From Octopus bimaculoides (lineage: Eukaryota), in the NCBI RefSeq assembly GCF_001194135.2, contig NC_068988.1, forward strand, positions 78,947,636 through 78,985,942: 38,307 nucleotides of DNA, in the 5' to 3' direction. The first letter of the stretch is position 1. Every line of letters starts with the position of its first letter. Made by a program: the position numbers and the translations under genes. Below the pieces are notes generated by a model, which ran no database searches, was not told the DNA's origin, and saw nothing but the letters and a program-made list of their open reading frames with translations. This document shows, piece after piece, positions 13,538 to 25,305 of the stretch.

Positions 13538-13538
13538 T

Positions 13539-13644
<106 letters not shown>

Positions 13645-14646
13645 TTATGTTTGACTTTTGTTTTGCATTTGTACAAGTTGGATCCAAGTCTCACCCAGAG
13701 ACCTCAAGAGACAACAAGTTAGAAGTTCATGTAGGTGTTATGCCTAGGGTACCATATATTTGGATTTGTACAGTTTTGTTCAAGTGAATGTTTAAGAAAC
13801 CATAAGAANNNNNNNNNNNNNNNNNNNNNNNNNNNNNNNNNNNNNNNNNNNNNNNNNNNNNNNNNNNNNNNNNNNNNNNNNNNNNNNNNNNNNNNNNNNN
13901 NNNNNNNNNNNNNNNNNNNNNNNNNNNNNNNNNNNNNNNNNNNNNNNNNNNNNNNNNNNNNNNNNNNNNNNNNNNNNNNNNNNNNNNNNNNNNNNNNNNN
14001 NNNNNNNNNNNNNNNNNNNNNNNNNNNNNNNNNNNNNNNNNNNNNNNNNNNNNNNNNNNNNNNNNNNNNNNNNNNNNNNNNNNNNNNNNNNNNNNNNNNN
14101 NNNNNNNNNNNNNNNNNNNNNNNNNNNNNNNNNNNNNNNNNNNNNNNNNNNNNNNNNNNNNNNNNNNNNNNNNNNNNNNNNNNNNNNNNNNNNNNNNNNN
14201 NNNNNNNNNNNNNNNNNNNNNNNNNNNNNNNNNNNNNNNNNNNNNNNNNNNNNNNNNNNNNNNNNNNNNNNNNNNNNNNNNNNNNNNNNNNNNNNNNNNN
14301 NNNNNNNNNNNNNNNNNNNNNNNNNNNNNNNNNNNNNNNNNNNNNNNNNNNNNNNNNNNNNNNNNNNNNNNNNNNNNNNNNNNNNCGATGGTCTCATTTT
14401 GTTGTTGGCATATACGACATAATGGGGAGCTGCCGTTCTTTAATATGTTGGCCTGGTAGTTCTTTGTAGGTAGGCATTGATCTTGGGCTGCTATGATAAA
14501 CCCCTCTGTTTCTGATTTCAATCCAGAGGCCATTAACCATTGGTGGGTAAGGGCTTTGTCAATATCTGCATTATTCGCTCTCTTTGGGTATTTGCCATTG
14601 AGAGGTTTTCCATGCCATTTTTCAGTCATAATAGCTAAGGCAGCAA

Positions 14647-14648
<2 letters not shown>
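13645..14648 (-). mobile_element. 5'-truncated R4/Dong-type element (copy D2), interrupted by gap 13809-14385
   Basis: KWHGKPLNGKYPKR...HQWLMASGLKSETEGFIIAAQDQCLPTKNY...CRICQQQNETI matches the conserved pre-CCHC block of R4/Dong ORFs. The 3' UTR ends in (AAT)n; (ATT)n lies on both sides on the plus strand. Confidence 0.9.
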
Positions 14649-14691
<43 letters not shown>

Positions 14692-14706
14692 TTTTATTAT
14701 TATTAT

Positions 14707-15232
14707 TGAGTGAAGAGCAGTGCATGCCATCAAAGCGACACTAGGGTAAAATATACGAAGCCCAGTATACCCATTATGACTACCCGTCTGATAAGGGTAC
14801 ACCAGGCACATGCATCACAACCATATGTACGCAACATGGTGAACTCATATCAAGATAAACAGCGCATGACCTCGTAGGTGGGGCCCAGTTAGAATCTTCT
14901 TCTAGTCGAGTAGCCCATCCCGCTCAAAAGGTCCCTGAATAAGGTTTGTTTAAGGATGTTGAGCAAAACACCCATGTTTCCAAAGGCGAATTATTCAATG
15001 ATGCTCCCCCACTACTTCTGCTCATGATCAGAGATGCACATATCATCAGCCACCAAGGGACATGCTCAACTGGTTAAGGTCAAACAACTGACAAGCAAAT
15101 CTGTGGTATTAAGCAGAATATTTGCTGTAGCCCATTTTTTATACCAAGACAAGGCAATGTACATGATAACACTTCCAATCAGTTAAGATAAGAAGCCATG
15201 AGAGCCAGTGTCTGGTACTGCATCCGGGCACC
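14707..15232 (-). mobile_element. Non-coding repeat of about 526 bp inserted in (TAA)n (element X, copy 2)
   Basis: Collinear with 12999-13537; (ATT)n at about 14649-14706 and 15233-15305. Confidence 0.85.
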
Positions 15233-15305
<73 letters not shown>

Positions 15306-15306
<1 letters not shown>

Positions 15307-18300
15307 CTTCGTAACACAATGTAGGTAAAAATGCACCGGAGTCTTTAGTCATTTGTTAAGTCACAACAAGGACCTCAGACAGATGATACTTTCTTTAAGA
15401 TGTGCGCTGTGCCCAATAAGGCTGCTGTTTGCAAGACATCAATCTTGCATAGGATTTCCAGTTGCCTTAAGAAGTTTTGAAATTTCAATGAGATTGAGCC
15501 CAACGCTCCGATCATAACTGCTATAACTTTTACGTTACCCTTTCGCATTTTTTACAGTCTTGCCATTTCCACTTTCAATTCGGAGTACTTGGTGGTTTTT
15601 TTCAACCTCTTTACTCACATCATTCATGTCATTTGGTATGGCTACATCCAGTCATCTGACAGTATTTGTCTCTCTTACTCAATATGACAATATCCAGCTG
15701 ACGGTGTTCGATTGCACGATCCGTCTGAAAATCATAGTCCCAGAGCATCGTTACTTTTCCATCCTCCTGCATAACTTTACTTGGCACATGTTCTCTTACT
15801 TCATATTGGTATTTAAGGCATAGGAGCCAATGAAGATACACACATATTTTATTGTGGTGGCGCTTATATTCTTTTTGTGCAAGACTCTCACATCCACTTA
15901 TCAAGTGGGTCACATTTTCCACAGTTTCCACAGAGTTTGCATTTCTGGATGTCAGACGTTTTATAGATGTTATACTTCACTGAGTTGGTAGCGAGAGCCT
16001 CGTCTTGTGCAGAAATGATCAAGTTTTCAATGGTACACTTTAAATCACCTCGCTCAAGCCATGCCCACGATGTTGTATTCTCAAACTGTCCATGCCCACG
16101 ATGTTGTATTATCAAATAGTTCATGCATTTTCATTTCAAGGTCTTTTCTCTTCTTGGCTTTTTGGTTAAACTCTTCCTCGCCCATCATTTCATCTGCATT
16201 TACACCCATATCTTTCGCAGTATATTGCAGCAGGTCTTCATCACTATTTATCAAATACTAGGCAAGCATTCTCCTTTCACTTCTTATACAATGGTCTATA
16301 CTAATTAGTCCTCTGTCACCATTCTTTCTTTTCATATACAGTCTGTTTACGTTTGCTTTAGGGTGTAGCACCCCTGCAGCATCATCAACTTTCTCGTCCT
16401 TCCATCCAATGCTGATATTTCCTCCTTAGTCCATTTGAGGATGAACGCACTATATCTGACCACCGCAACTGCCCAGATATTCATTGCGGTAATCAAACTT
16501 TTGGCATTCAGGTTGGATTTGAACACCATCTTTACCCTTATTTGATACGTCTCGCTGACTTTGGCTTTCATTTCTGTGTGTAGAATGTCATCTTGCTCCA
16601 AAATCCCTAAATATTTATACCCACTGCCGTCGGGTTCACCCATGGTCTCTCCTGACGGTAACCGCAATCCTCTGCAAGATGCTGTCTTCCCTCTTTTCAT
16701 ATTAAGTACTGAGCATTTGGTAATCCTAAATTCCGATTCCGATGTCCCTACCACACTTCTAGACTGTTTTGGTTAAGGAATCTATCTGTTTTTCAGATTT
16801 CTAAAGTAATTTCAGGTCATCCATAAACAGAAGATGGTTCAATGATGGGCCTTTCTTCCCACATCGGTAACTCATCTTAACTTTCCTAAGTATCATTGTT
16901 ATGGTATCGTACAATTACAAATAGTAACGGAGAAAACGAGTCACCTTGGAAGATCCCGCCTTTAATAATAACTTCTCCAAGGAATACATTACTTAAGTAC
17001 AGTTTGGTTTTCCACTCTTTCGTGCATCAGAAAATTGTGATGTTGTCAACAACACCAAACATCTGCAGGCACTCAACGATCCAAGAATGAGGCATCATAT
17101 CATATGCTTTCTTAAAATCAATCCAAGCTACAGACATGTTTGTATGGTGTTTTTACAATGTCTTAAAACTGTTTTATCGATGACCAGGTGATCTTTGGTA
17201 CTCCGAGAACTCTTCCTACATCCTTTTTGTTTCCATGGTAATATTTCTTCATGTACCAGGAAAGTACATGTTTTTGCCGTACATATACCAGTGAGTATCT
17301 TCCAGATTATGTTTAGGCATGCTATGTGACGGTAGTTACCCACAATATTCCCCTTTTATTCTACCTTTCATTACAAGTGTTGTCCTCCCCGTCACCATCC
17401 ATGCGGGGACTGTACCTTCTGGACATACTCATTCAATTATGCTGCTAGTCTTTCATGCACCGCGTGGCATCTCTTCAGCTAGAAACCATGAATCCCATCT
17501 GGTCCGGGGGCTTTCCAGTTAGGCACTTTACCTACTTGTTCTTTCACATCACCTGTGCTCATGACAATATTCCTTTGCTTCTTTGCTCTTTTTAATTCTG
17601 TCTTGATAGTTCCTATCCACATTGCATCCTTTTTATGCACTACATTGTTTCCCCATAATCCGCTCCAGAACTCCTTGGCTTGATTTGCATTGTCTCCTTC
17701 CCATTGTCTCCTTCGAACGTTCGGAAGAATTGCATCGGGTTATTTTTGAACAATCTGTTCTCCCCGAACTGCTTCTTCTGTTTTAACTGCTCTATTACTG
17801 CATTAAACCTGTTCTTTCGGTATTTTATATTTCTTCTCTAATTTTCCTCGGTCGGTCTTTTTCCCATTTTTCCACTTTCCTCTTAATCATTACTCAATTT
17901 TTCCTAGATCTTGCCTTGCCCACATTATGTCCCTTCCAATGCGTCGTTTCCACCATGGTTCTTCTGCTCCACCATTTTTTTGTTTTCTTAACTTGTAATT
18001 TCTCCCTAGCAAGTCATGCAATAGCTTGGCGAAGATTCCTTGTTTGTGTTATGTCCTCCGTCTAGAAGTATGGTATGACAGTATTTATCTTTTGTTTCAC
18101 TTTATCTATCATACTCCTATCTACCCTTCTCATATTCATGGTGACTTTTTTATTCTGGAGCATTCATCAAGTTGGTGAGTCATCTTTGAATTTCAAGCAA
18201 TTCATCATCTAGTTGGTTCATTTCCCCTGCATGTCTACCCACTACAGTATCAGGGTTCACTGTATAACGTTCCTGTTCCTCATCCTTAATTACCCCATCA

Positions 18301-18790
18301 CCATTTCCTTGGTACTCCTGTCTACTCTTCTCTCTGCTTTCAACTCCTTTGTGACCCATCCGCAGGGTCTCTCAGACTCTCACTAATCCGAGATATTTCT
18401 ACTCCAGCTAAGTAACCCTTCCTCTTAACCACTCTCACTTGGTTCATTAGTTTATTTCCTGGCATTGGACGCATGTCCCTTTCCATCCACGACTTCTTTC
18501 CTGCTTTTCTCTTTCATGACATTGAATAAGTGTATCGTTTTCTTCCTTCGTCCACTTATGTCTACTTTTGTGCACACCGTGTATATAATCTGTTGTGACA
18601 TAACGACCGTCAGAGGCGAGATCACTGCCCCTCATGCGGGCGGTTTCAGACGTGCCGGGCGGGAAACCTTCACCATGATCGGCTATACCTTCATTCTCGC
18701 TGTTAATTCTTTCATTGTTGTGTTGTATCATGATTTCAAGAGTCGTTCGTGGGGTTGCCACGAGAGTTGTTATTGAGATCCCATCTATCT
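15306..18790 (-). mobile_element. Near full-length decayed R4/Dong-type RLE non-LTR retrotransposon (copy D3): Myb-like, RT, CCHC, RLE
   Basis: Motifs in order on the minus strand: RHKWTKEENDTLIQC (Myb-like, about 18520-18570), NYRHIACLNIIWKILTGI, QKGCRK, WIDFKKAYD (about 17100-17126), GIFQGDSFSPLLF (about 16925-16960), HLLFMDDLK (FMDD at 16816-16827), YKYLGILE, IISAQDEAL, CKLC...HLISGC, MLWDYDFQTDRAIEHRQLDIVI (RLE). 3' UTR joins (TAA)n. Many stops and frameshifts. Confidence 0.93.
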
Positions 18791-18844
18791 CTTCTTCTCT
18801 TTATTTGTATATACGCGTGCACATATATGTACATACACATATAC

Positions 18845-19045
18845 AAACAATATATGAGTATATGCATATATATGTACATGTATGTATATACCTTCATCCA
18901 CATGTACATATAGATACAATACTGGGTACATGACGTGGCAAAAGAACATGGACAAAATGGTAAACAAGGTGCAACAAACGAGCATGCCACATAGAAACAT
19001 CTCCTTCATCAGCTGCCACCATTAAAACCCCGGCGTTTCGAAGAA
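18845..19045 (-). mobile_element. TA-associated interspersed repeat (possible Penelope-like terminal repeat) carrying hammerhead-like core boxes
   Basis: 18845-18974 matches 34195-34324 at about 95% (6 differences in 130 nt by my count). The minus strand then reads cttcGAAACgcc...gcagCTGATGAaggaga. The Penelope assignment is inference. Confidence 0.45.
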
Positions 19046-19168
19046 TTACATACACATATATATATATAACGTGCTTGCATTGTGTCGCCTCTATAACCAC
19101 AGTGATTATCATTATCACTATCGTTCTACCTATAGCATTTAAAAATATTGATAATAATATACATCCCG

Positions 19169-19445
19169 GTATATTGAAGCAGATCTTCGTCACTGTTTAT
19201 CAAATACTCGGCAATCGTTCTCCTTATACAATGGTCTATACTAATTAGTCCTCTGCCATCATTCTTTCTTTTCATATACAATCTGTTTGCGTTTGCAGTT
19301 AACACTTAATACTATCTTTTGCGCTCCCTTCATGAATGGTAATCCATGGATCATTCTCAATTAGTTTTTAGTTCCTTGGCTGGTCATTTCAAGTGCCCCC
19401 ACAATCACTGGTATTGGAACCGTCTTGAGATGCTATCTTTGCTCC
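19169..19445 (-). mobile_element. Chimeric R4/Dong fragments: RLE C-terminus fused to an RT-thumb segment
   Basis: 19169-19296 aligns to 16220-16356 of D3 (about 90%, one 9-nt deletion). 19297-19445 translates HLKTVPIPVIVGALEMTSQGTKN*LRMIHGLP...QKIVLS, typical of the R4/Dong C-terminus. Confidence 0.7.
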
Positions 19446-20082
19446 AACTACTGTCGTCATCTGCCCACTGTTCTCATTTGGTTTTGTATTCCGCTTGGAC
19501 AGTGACATTATTAGAGGGGTCTTCTTGTTCAGAGGTAACTTTTCTGCCGGTCATCGTCTCTTGTATGCTATTTTTGTTTTCGTATCTTAAGTGCCTCAAG
19601 CCCATAGACAGAAATTACCCTTTATTTGTTTTCGAAGTTTTATTTCCGAGCATATCTGTTTTTTCTCCATTTAAAATGAGACATGTTACATTTGATATTT
19701 ATTGTTATTATCATGTGCCTCTTTTAATTTGTTTAAACACTGTGTGCTCTACGTTGTCTTGTTTATGTACGAGGTGTACGGGTGCATGTGTGAATTATAT
19801 AAACATTACATTTATGTGTATTTGCATATACGATTATTATTTGTACTTACAGTGTTTTTTCAGTAGCGACATTGCATTCTCGCATATTGCTTCAATTCAT
19901 GTAAAGGCAAGTCGCATCACCGCATGTTGTTTATATTATCACACGCTTGTTTTTTCTGCGACAACGTATCTGAGAGAAATATAGGAGAGAAATATTTCGG
20001 TATCCTGATCTAATTTACATTAGGGACCAATTTTCTTTTATATTTTTGTTGTTTCATAAATCCTCTTTGCCCATGATCACAG

Positions 20083-20233
<151 letters not shown>

Positions 20234-20616
20234 TTACATCTCTAGAAGTAGAAAGTTAGATGTTTAGTTACACTCGTGAATTTAAAATATTATTCATTCT
20301 ACACCAGTGCAGAGATTTTCAAATACTATCGTGAATCATTCATTCTCAATGTTCTTCCTCTTTTCCATAGGCAATCATACACTCTGATCTCACACAAATG
20401 AACCTATTCTGATCTCTTATCTGTTTGAAATTAATTCCTTTTCACCACCCCTACCACCACCCCTATCACCACACATGCAAGCAGCATCGCAACACCAGCA
20501 TTAAATATTTCTCATTACAGAACTAAATGGTTTGCATAGCAGATCTAATTATTTCACATAAAAAGACTAATTAACATATTTAAAATTAGTAATAATTTCT
20601 CATGTCAGCATTAGAT

Positions 20617-20827
20617 CAGTGCTTCTTACAGAGTGCCCTATGAGAAATGAAAAGGGAGCGGATAAATAAAGGAGGTTTCCAACGCTCTAAGCTTGATGAA
20701 TAAAGAAGTACTCAATGAGAGAAAAATCAATTTTTGTTATCTCATTAATAAAGAAGAGGAGGGTCGTCAAAAGTTCCAGCAATATTTGTTGGGGAGAGGT
20801 TGGTAGGTGGCAGTTTAAGGATCACCG
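20617..20827. mobile_element. Old hAT (Charlie-like) MITE
   Basis: Ends cagtgcttctta... and ...tttaaggatcaccg resemble CAGTGGTTCTCAAA-type TIRs. 8-bp flanks cattagat and cagaagat match at 6/8. Confidence 0.5.
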
Positions 20828-21191
20828 CAGAAGATTGTAATTTTTGATGAATAAATCCATCAAAGTACTTATTTTATCAAACTATGACAGGATTTGAACT
20901 CAAAATCTAAAGGTGGGCATATAAATATCAAAAGGCTTTGTTTAGTGCTCTACCACTTTTGTCATCCACTGACCGTTTGTCAAAGCTTCGATGTCAAACT
21001 AAGAAGAAACGCTGGTTTGGTCGTTCATATTGGCGAAACTATTTTCTCTTGTTTGTGATGAAGACAAATACGTGGTAATTAAGTGCAGAATAGAAATTAG
21101 ATGATACGGTATCAAGTCTACAGTTATATTTGAAATCAAATACTGTTGTATGTTTGACTGAGGCTGGAATATATGTTAGCAAATCAATTTA

Positions 21192-21480
21192 CAGCAATCC
21201 CTCGTCATATCGCGGTTCACCTATCGCAGTTCACCTATCATTGTTCACCTATCGCAGTTCACCTATCACTGTTCACCTATCGCTGTTCACCTATCACAGT
21301 TCACCTATCACGGTTTATTATTTAAGCTTACGTCGATTCCTCCGTGGTGTTGTTTTGCATTTTTGATAAAATAGATATATACAAATTATAAAATAAAAAT
21401 TTAATCTACTGTACAGTACTGTTTCTACTTCGCAGATTTTCACTTATCGCAGGGGTTTTGGATAGTCGAGGGATTACTGT
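21192..21480. mobile_element. Tigger/pogo-like (Tc1/mariner superfamily) MITE with internal tandem array
   Basis: TIRs cagcaatccctcg and cgagggattactg (12/13), TA on both sides, typical subterminal gattttcacttatcgc...gggg motif. Confidence 0.85.
21215..21312 (+). repeat. Seven tandem copies of 14-bp gttcacctatc(gc/ac)n inside the MITE
   Basis: Seen directly: units end gca, att, gca, act, gct, aca, acg. Confidence 0.95.
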
Positions 21481-22919
21481 ATGTCAAAGAAAGATAATAT
21501 TAATTACATAATAAGGGTGAATTGAAACTTCTGTACGTGAGTAAGGAAACCATGTTGACAGTCTCGTTTAGTGTTTTGTTCTAAGGTAAAGTGTTTTCTT
21601 ACCTCGATTCAAGTTCACACAATTGTACTAGAAGAAAACTTGAACTCCAAACTTAAATTATCTTTAATCACAGAAGTTAAATTAACATAACTGCTGAAAA
21701 ACATTTTATTTGTTGCTGGCTCTTCTGACTCTATGCTACTATAATCCCTCCGCCTTATGCTGACAAATACACGGACAGAAATTAAAGAGTCTCAGTTCTT
21801 TATTTCGAATGTTTGAAAGGAATTCTTACTGAGATTGATTCTTTCCCCTAAAGTATAAGCGATATTTCTCTGAAAGCAGTATACTAAAGACTTGGTCATT
21901 TCATAGGTTTTCGACGTCAGCATTAACAAAGATAGTAGTAAATGTGGTTTCTGACAACAATATTAGAATTTATCTAGCATTAATGTTTGCTCAAGGAAAG
22001 GAGACAATTCAGAACGCTTTATTGGGTACCATCAAGAAACTTGTAGTTATGGTTCATTATTAGAGTCAATGACGAAGCCAAGTTCTGTTTTTTTTTTTTT
22101 TTTGACTGAGTTACGATAACAACAAAAGTGAAAGAGCAAGAGATATGACTGGACATGTCAGTGTTGCAGCATGACCTTACTGCTGACCCCTGAATCAAAA
22201 CAACGCACGAACCAAGGAACTAAGAAAATGAAAGTAAACAAAGGCAAACAGTTGTCGAACATTGTTAACGGCTGGGTACCAATTAATATTAGGCAAGTCA
22301 AGTGGAATGAACTGTTTTAACAGTAGGAAATCATGTAAAGAGATGAATTAAAGTCAAATCTCAAGAGAAAAGCCATGCCAGAACAATAGATACATCCCTG
22401 TAGATAAAGAGCAAACATCTGATAGTCTATGAATGAACAGAAGATGATATTGTAACAGACACAATATGGGGTTCTTGTTTTCCTCATTTTTCCATCTCTT
22501 TGATTATTCCCCACCTCTGTTATACATTCTTCTTTGCTTATTTTCTTTTAGTATTTCTATATTTTTTCTTTCTCCCATTCATTTTATTCCTCCTCTCTCT
22601 TTCTCTTTTTCTTTCTCCCTCTCTCTTTCTCTCTTTTGCTCTCTCTGCATCTTTATCTCACACACTTTCCTTTTACCAATAATTCATACTTCCTTTCTCT
22701 GCAGTAAACACACAGCCATACATATACTTAGGCACGTATATTATATATCTTCATCTTATTCTTCCTTTTTTCTTGATTTGCTGCGATATTGTCATCTCCA
22801 TTCTCTATTGTCGTGTGTCTGTGATGACGGCAGTGGGGAGCTGTAAAGCCATTTCTTTAAAGAAAGTTTCTTTGAGACTTGTCAATCACTTATGATTGAT
22901 AGACAGATGAATCAGAAAA

Positions 22920-23085
22920 ACGCGCCCAGACACACATACGCACATGCACGCACGCGCACAAACACGAGCGCGCGCACTCACAATTACACAAACACACGCA
23001 CACACACGCACGTACTCACACACACACACACAAACACACACACGCACACACACACACACACACACAAACGCAACATACATACACA
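22920..23085. repeat. Compound (CA)n/(CG)n repeat
   Basis: Seen directly. Confidence 0.9.
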
Positions 23086-24019
23086 CATTTCATTATGTAT
23101 ATTATATGGTCTATTTTAATACCGCTGTTTCAGAAGATAAGTGCACCACTTTCACTACAGTGCTGGAGCTCAGCTTGACACTACTGACATAAATCTTGAG
23201 ATTCTTTGGCGAAATACAATCTGGAAGGGAGGAAGATAGGGAGAAAACATACGGTGTGAAGAAAGAACCAAAACGAAAGGAGAGAGAACAGCTGCAACAG
23301 CAGCAGTAGTAGTAGTAGCAGTAGAAGTAAAAAAGTAGAAGAAATTGAATAACCGGAAGAAAATGGAGAAGACAGAGGTGAATGGCGATTGAAAGCAACA
23401 TATTGTGTTACTCTGAGAAAGGCTAGTGATTGTTGGAAGCACGTGAAACCTATGAGACTAACAACAGTTCTACGTATGTCCTCAGTTACCAAAGTTTATT
23501 TACTTAATAATATTCCTGTTATTACACGTATATGTGAAGCGATGTGTGATATTGAATGATGTGATTTAGTGTGGTATACTGTGATTTAGTTTATATATTT
23601 CCCACCGTTCAGACATAAATATAAAGTTATACACGTGTGAATTAGAGTACTTGCTTATGCAACCGTCTCATAACTAATCGTGAGAAGCTAGGTTTCATAA
23701 AGTAAGATCGAACGCCACTGATTAATTTCAATTGCAACACGTTAATGAAATAAGAAAAATGCGTAAAACTTTTAATAAGTATAGCTTCTAGCAGGTACAT
23801 ATACGAGTACATACCTATAAACATATACGTAAATATATAAATGTGCACATATTCATGAAGCAAAACGCATAGCTATAAAGGCGATTAAGTGTGGACACAT
23901 ACACACTCACGCACACGCACACACACATTCACACACACTCACACACACTCACACACACACTTACTCACAAATGCACACACACGCACTCACGAGCGCACAT
24001 ATAAAAGTTAATCATAGCT

Positions 24020-24712
24020 GTTCACTTCATTTTACTCAATCCTGTTGTCACCAAGACATGCTATGTCAATTACCAGGCATGTTTTTTTTTTCTTTTCTGT
24101 TCACCACAACAACGTTAGGTTTCCAATGATAATCTGATGGTCATAATGAATCATTGTATCCCACAAGATTTTGCAATCCTCATCCTCAATAATTCCTTCT
24201 GAGATATGGTCATACCACGTCCTTGATCTTGATCTTTTTAGGACATGATTTCCATAAAGCTCCTAATGGATCATGGTTGCCACATTGTCATATCGCGTTT
24301 AATATTTGCGTTGTACTAATTTCTGGCATTCGCAAACAATGTCCCACACTGTTTCCCCACCTCTCACTGCACATTCTGCATTTGTCGCTCTCAGTTATTT
24401 TTATCAATTCTGCACTTCACATAGTCTGTCCTCAGTGCTTGTTCTTGTGCCGTATCTCTTGCAAACTGAACGTACAATTCTTTTTCCTTTTCATGTTTTT
24501 TTCCCTCTTTGAATTTCTCTTTCTCAACACAGTTATCAGTTTCGATGATGCTGGATTTCTTCACATGCATCAACAATGGTTCCACGGCAGTTTTTACATT
24601 TCACCCTAAACTGTTCTCTTCCAATTCAACACAACCCTGACAGCTGATCAAACCTTTCTCATCCTCCCTTCATGACGCATACAACCGATCAGGGTCACTC
24701 ATGGGATGAAAC
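24020..24712 (-). mobile_element. Internal fragment of an R4/Dong element (copy D4), same family as D1
   Basis: FHPMSDPDRLY...GLISCQGCVELEENSLG...AVEPLL, VQFARD/AQEQALRTDYVKCRIDK, CRMC, CKILWD, VVVNRKEKKTCLVID. Nucleotide similarity to about 12050-12860. Confidence 0.85.
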
Positions 24713-24954
24713 AATAATAATAATGATTATAATGATAAGTTCTCACCTCTGTTTTCTGCTATGAGATTACTTTTATCAGTAAAAATTGTATTTTCATCGT
24801 TTTCTCCGTTGCTGTTTGCCAACACTCGTCTTTTGATAGCTTCGAGCTCTACTTCTGTGAACCAGCGATTTTTTTGTTATTGCTCTAGCTTGATCAGATA
24901 ATCACATTATTATTATTATTATTATTGTTGTTGTTGTTGTTGTTGTTATTATTT

Positions 24955-25305
24955 TGGTGGCGGATTGAGTGAAACACCAGAGCCTTTGAAGAAATGCTGT
25001 ATTTCTGCTGAATCTTTGCATTCTAAGTTCAAATCACGCCGACGTCAATTCAAAGTTCTTATCAAATACTGAAATCGATGCTATCGACTAGCCCGACTCT
25101 TCTTAAAATAGCTAGCCTTGTATCTAAATTAGAAACCGTCATTTTGGACGGCGAATTCGCTAAATCTTTTAGAACATGGGGGAAAACGATGCCTTGCAGT
25201 GTTTTTGTCCGGCTCCTTACGCTGTAGTTTCAATTCGTGCAAAAGTCAATTTCTGATGTCGATAAAATAAAGAACCAAATAGGTGCTAGATCGACCAAAT
25301 ATCTT
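24955..25305 (+). mobile_element. Two strongly decayed SINE family A remnants (about 24955-25100 and 25185-25305)
   Basis: aagttcaaatcacgccgacgtcaa...atcgatgctatcgacta, and gtcgataaaataaagaacc motifs shared with family A. Confidence 0.5.

Noticed and set aside
19346-19984. 212-aa plus-strand ORF
   Set aside because: Partly antisense to a Dong fragment, otherwise low-complexity hydrophobic composition typical of AT-rich non-coding DNA; no recognisable motif.
21215-21312. Short repeat array as a CRISPR-like locus
   Set aside because: Units are contiguous with no spacers, lie inside a eukaryotic MITE, and there are no cas genes.
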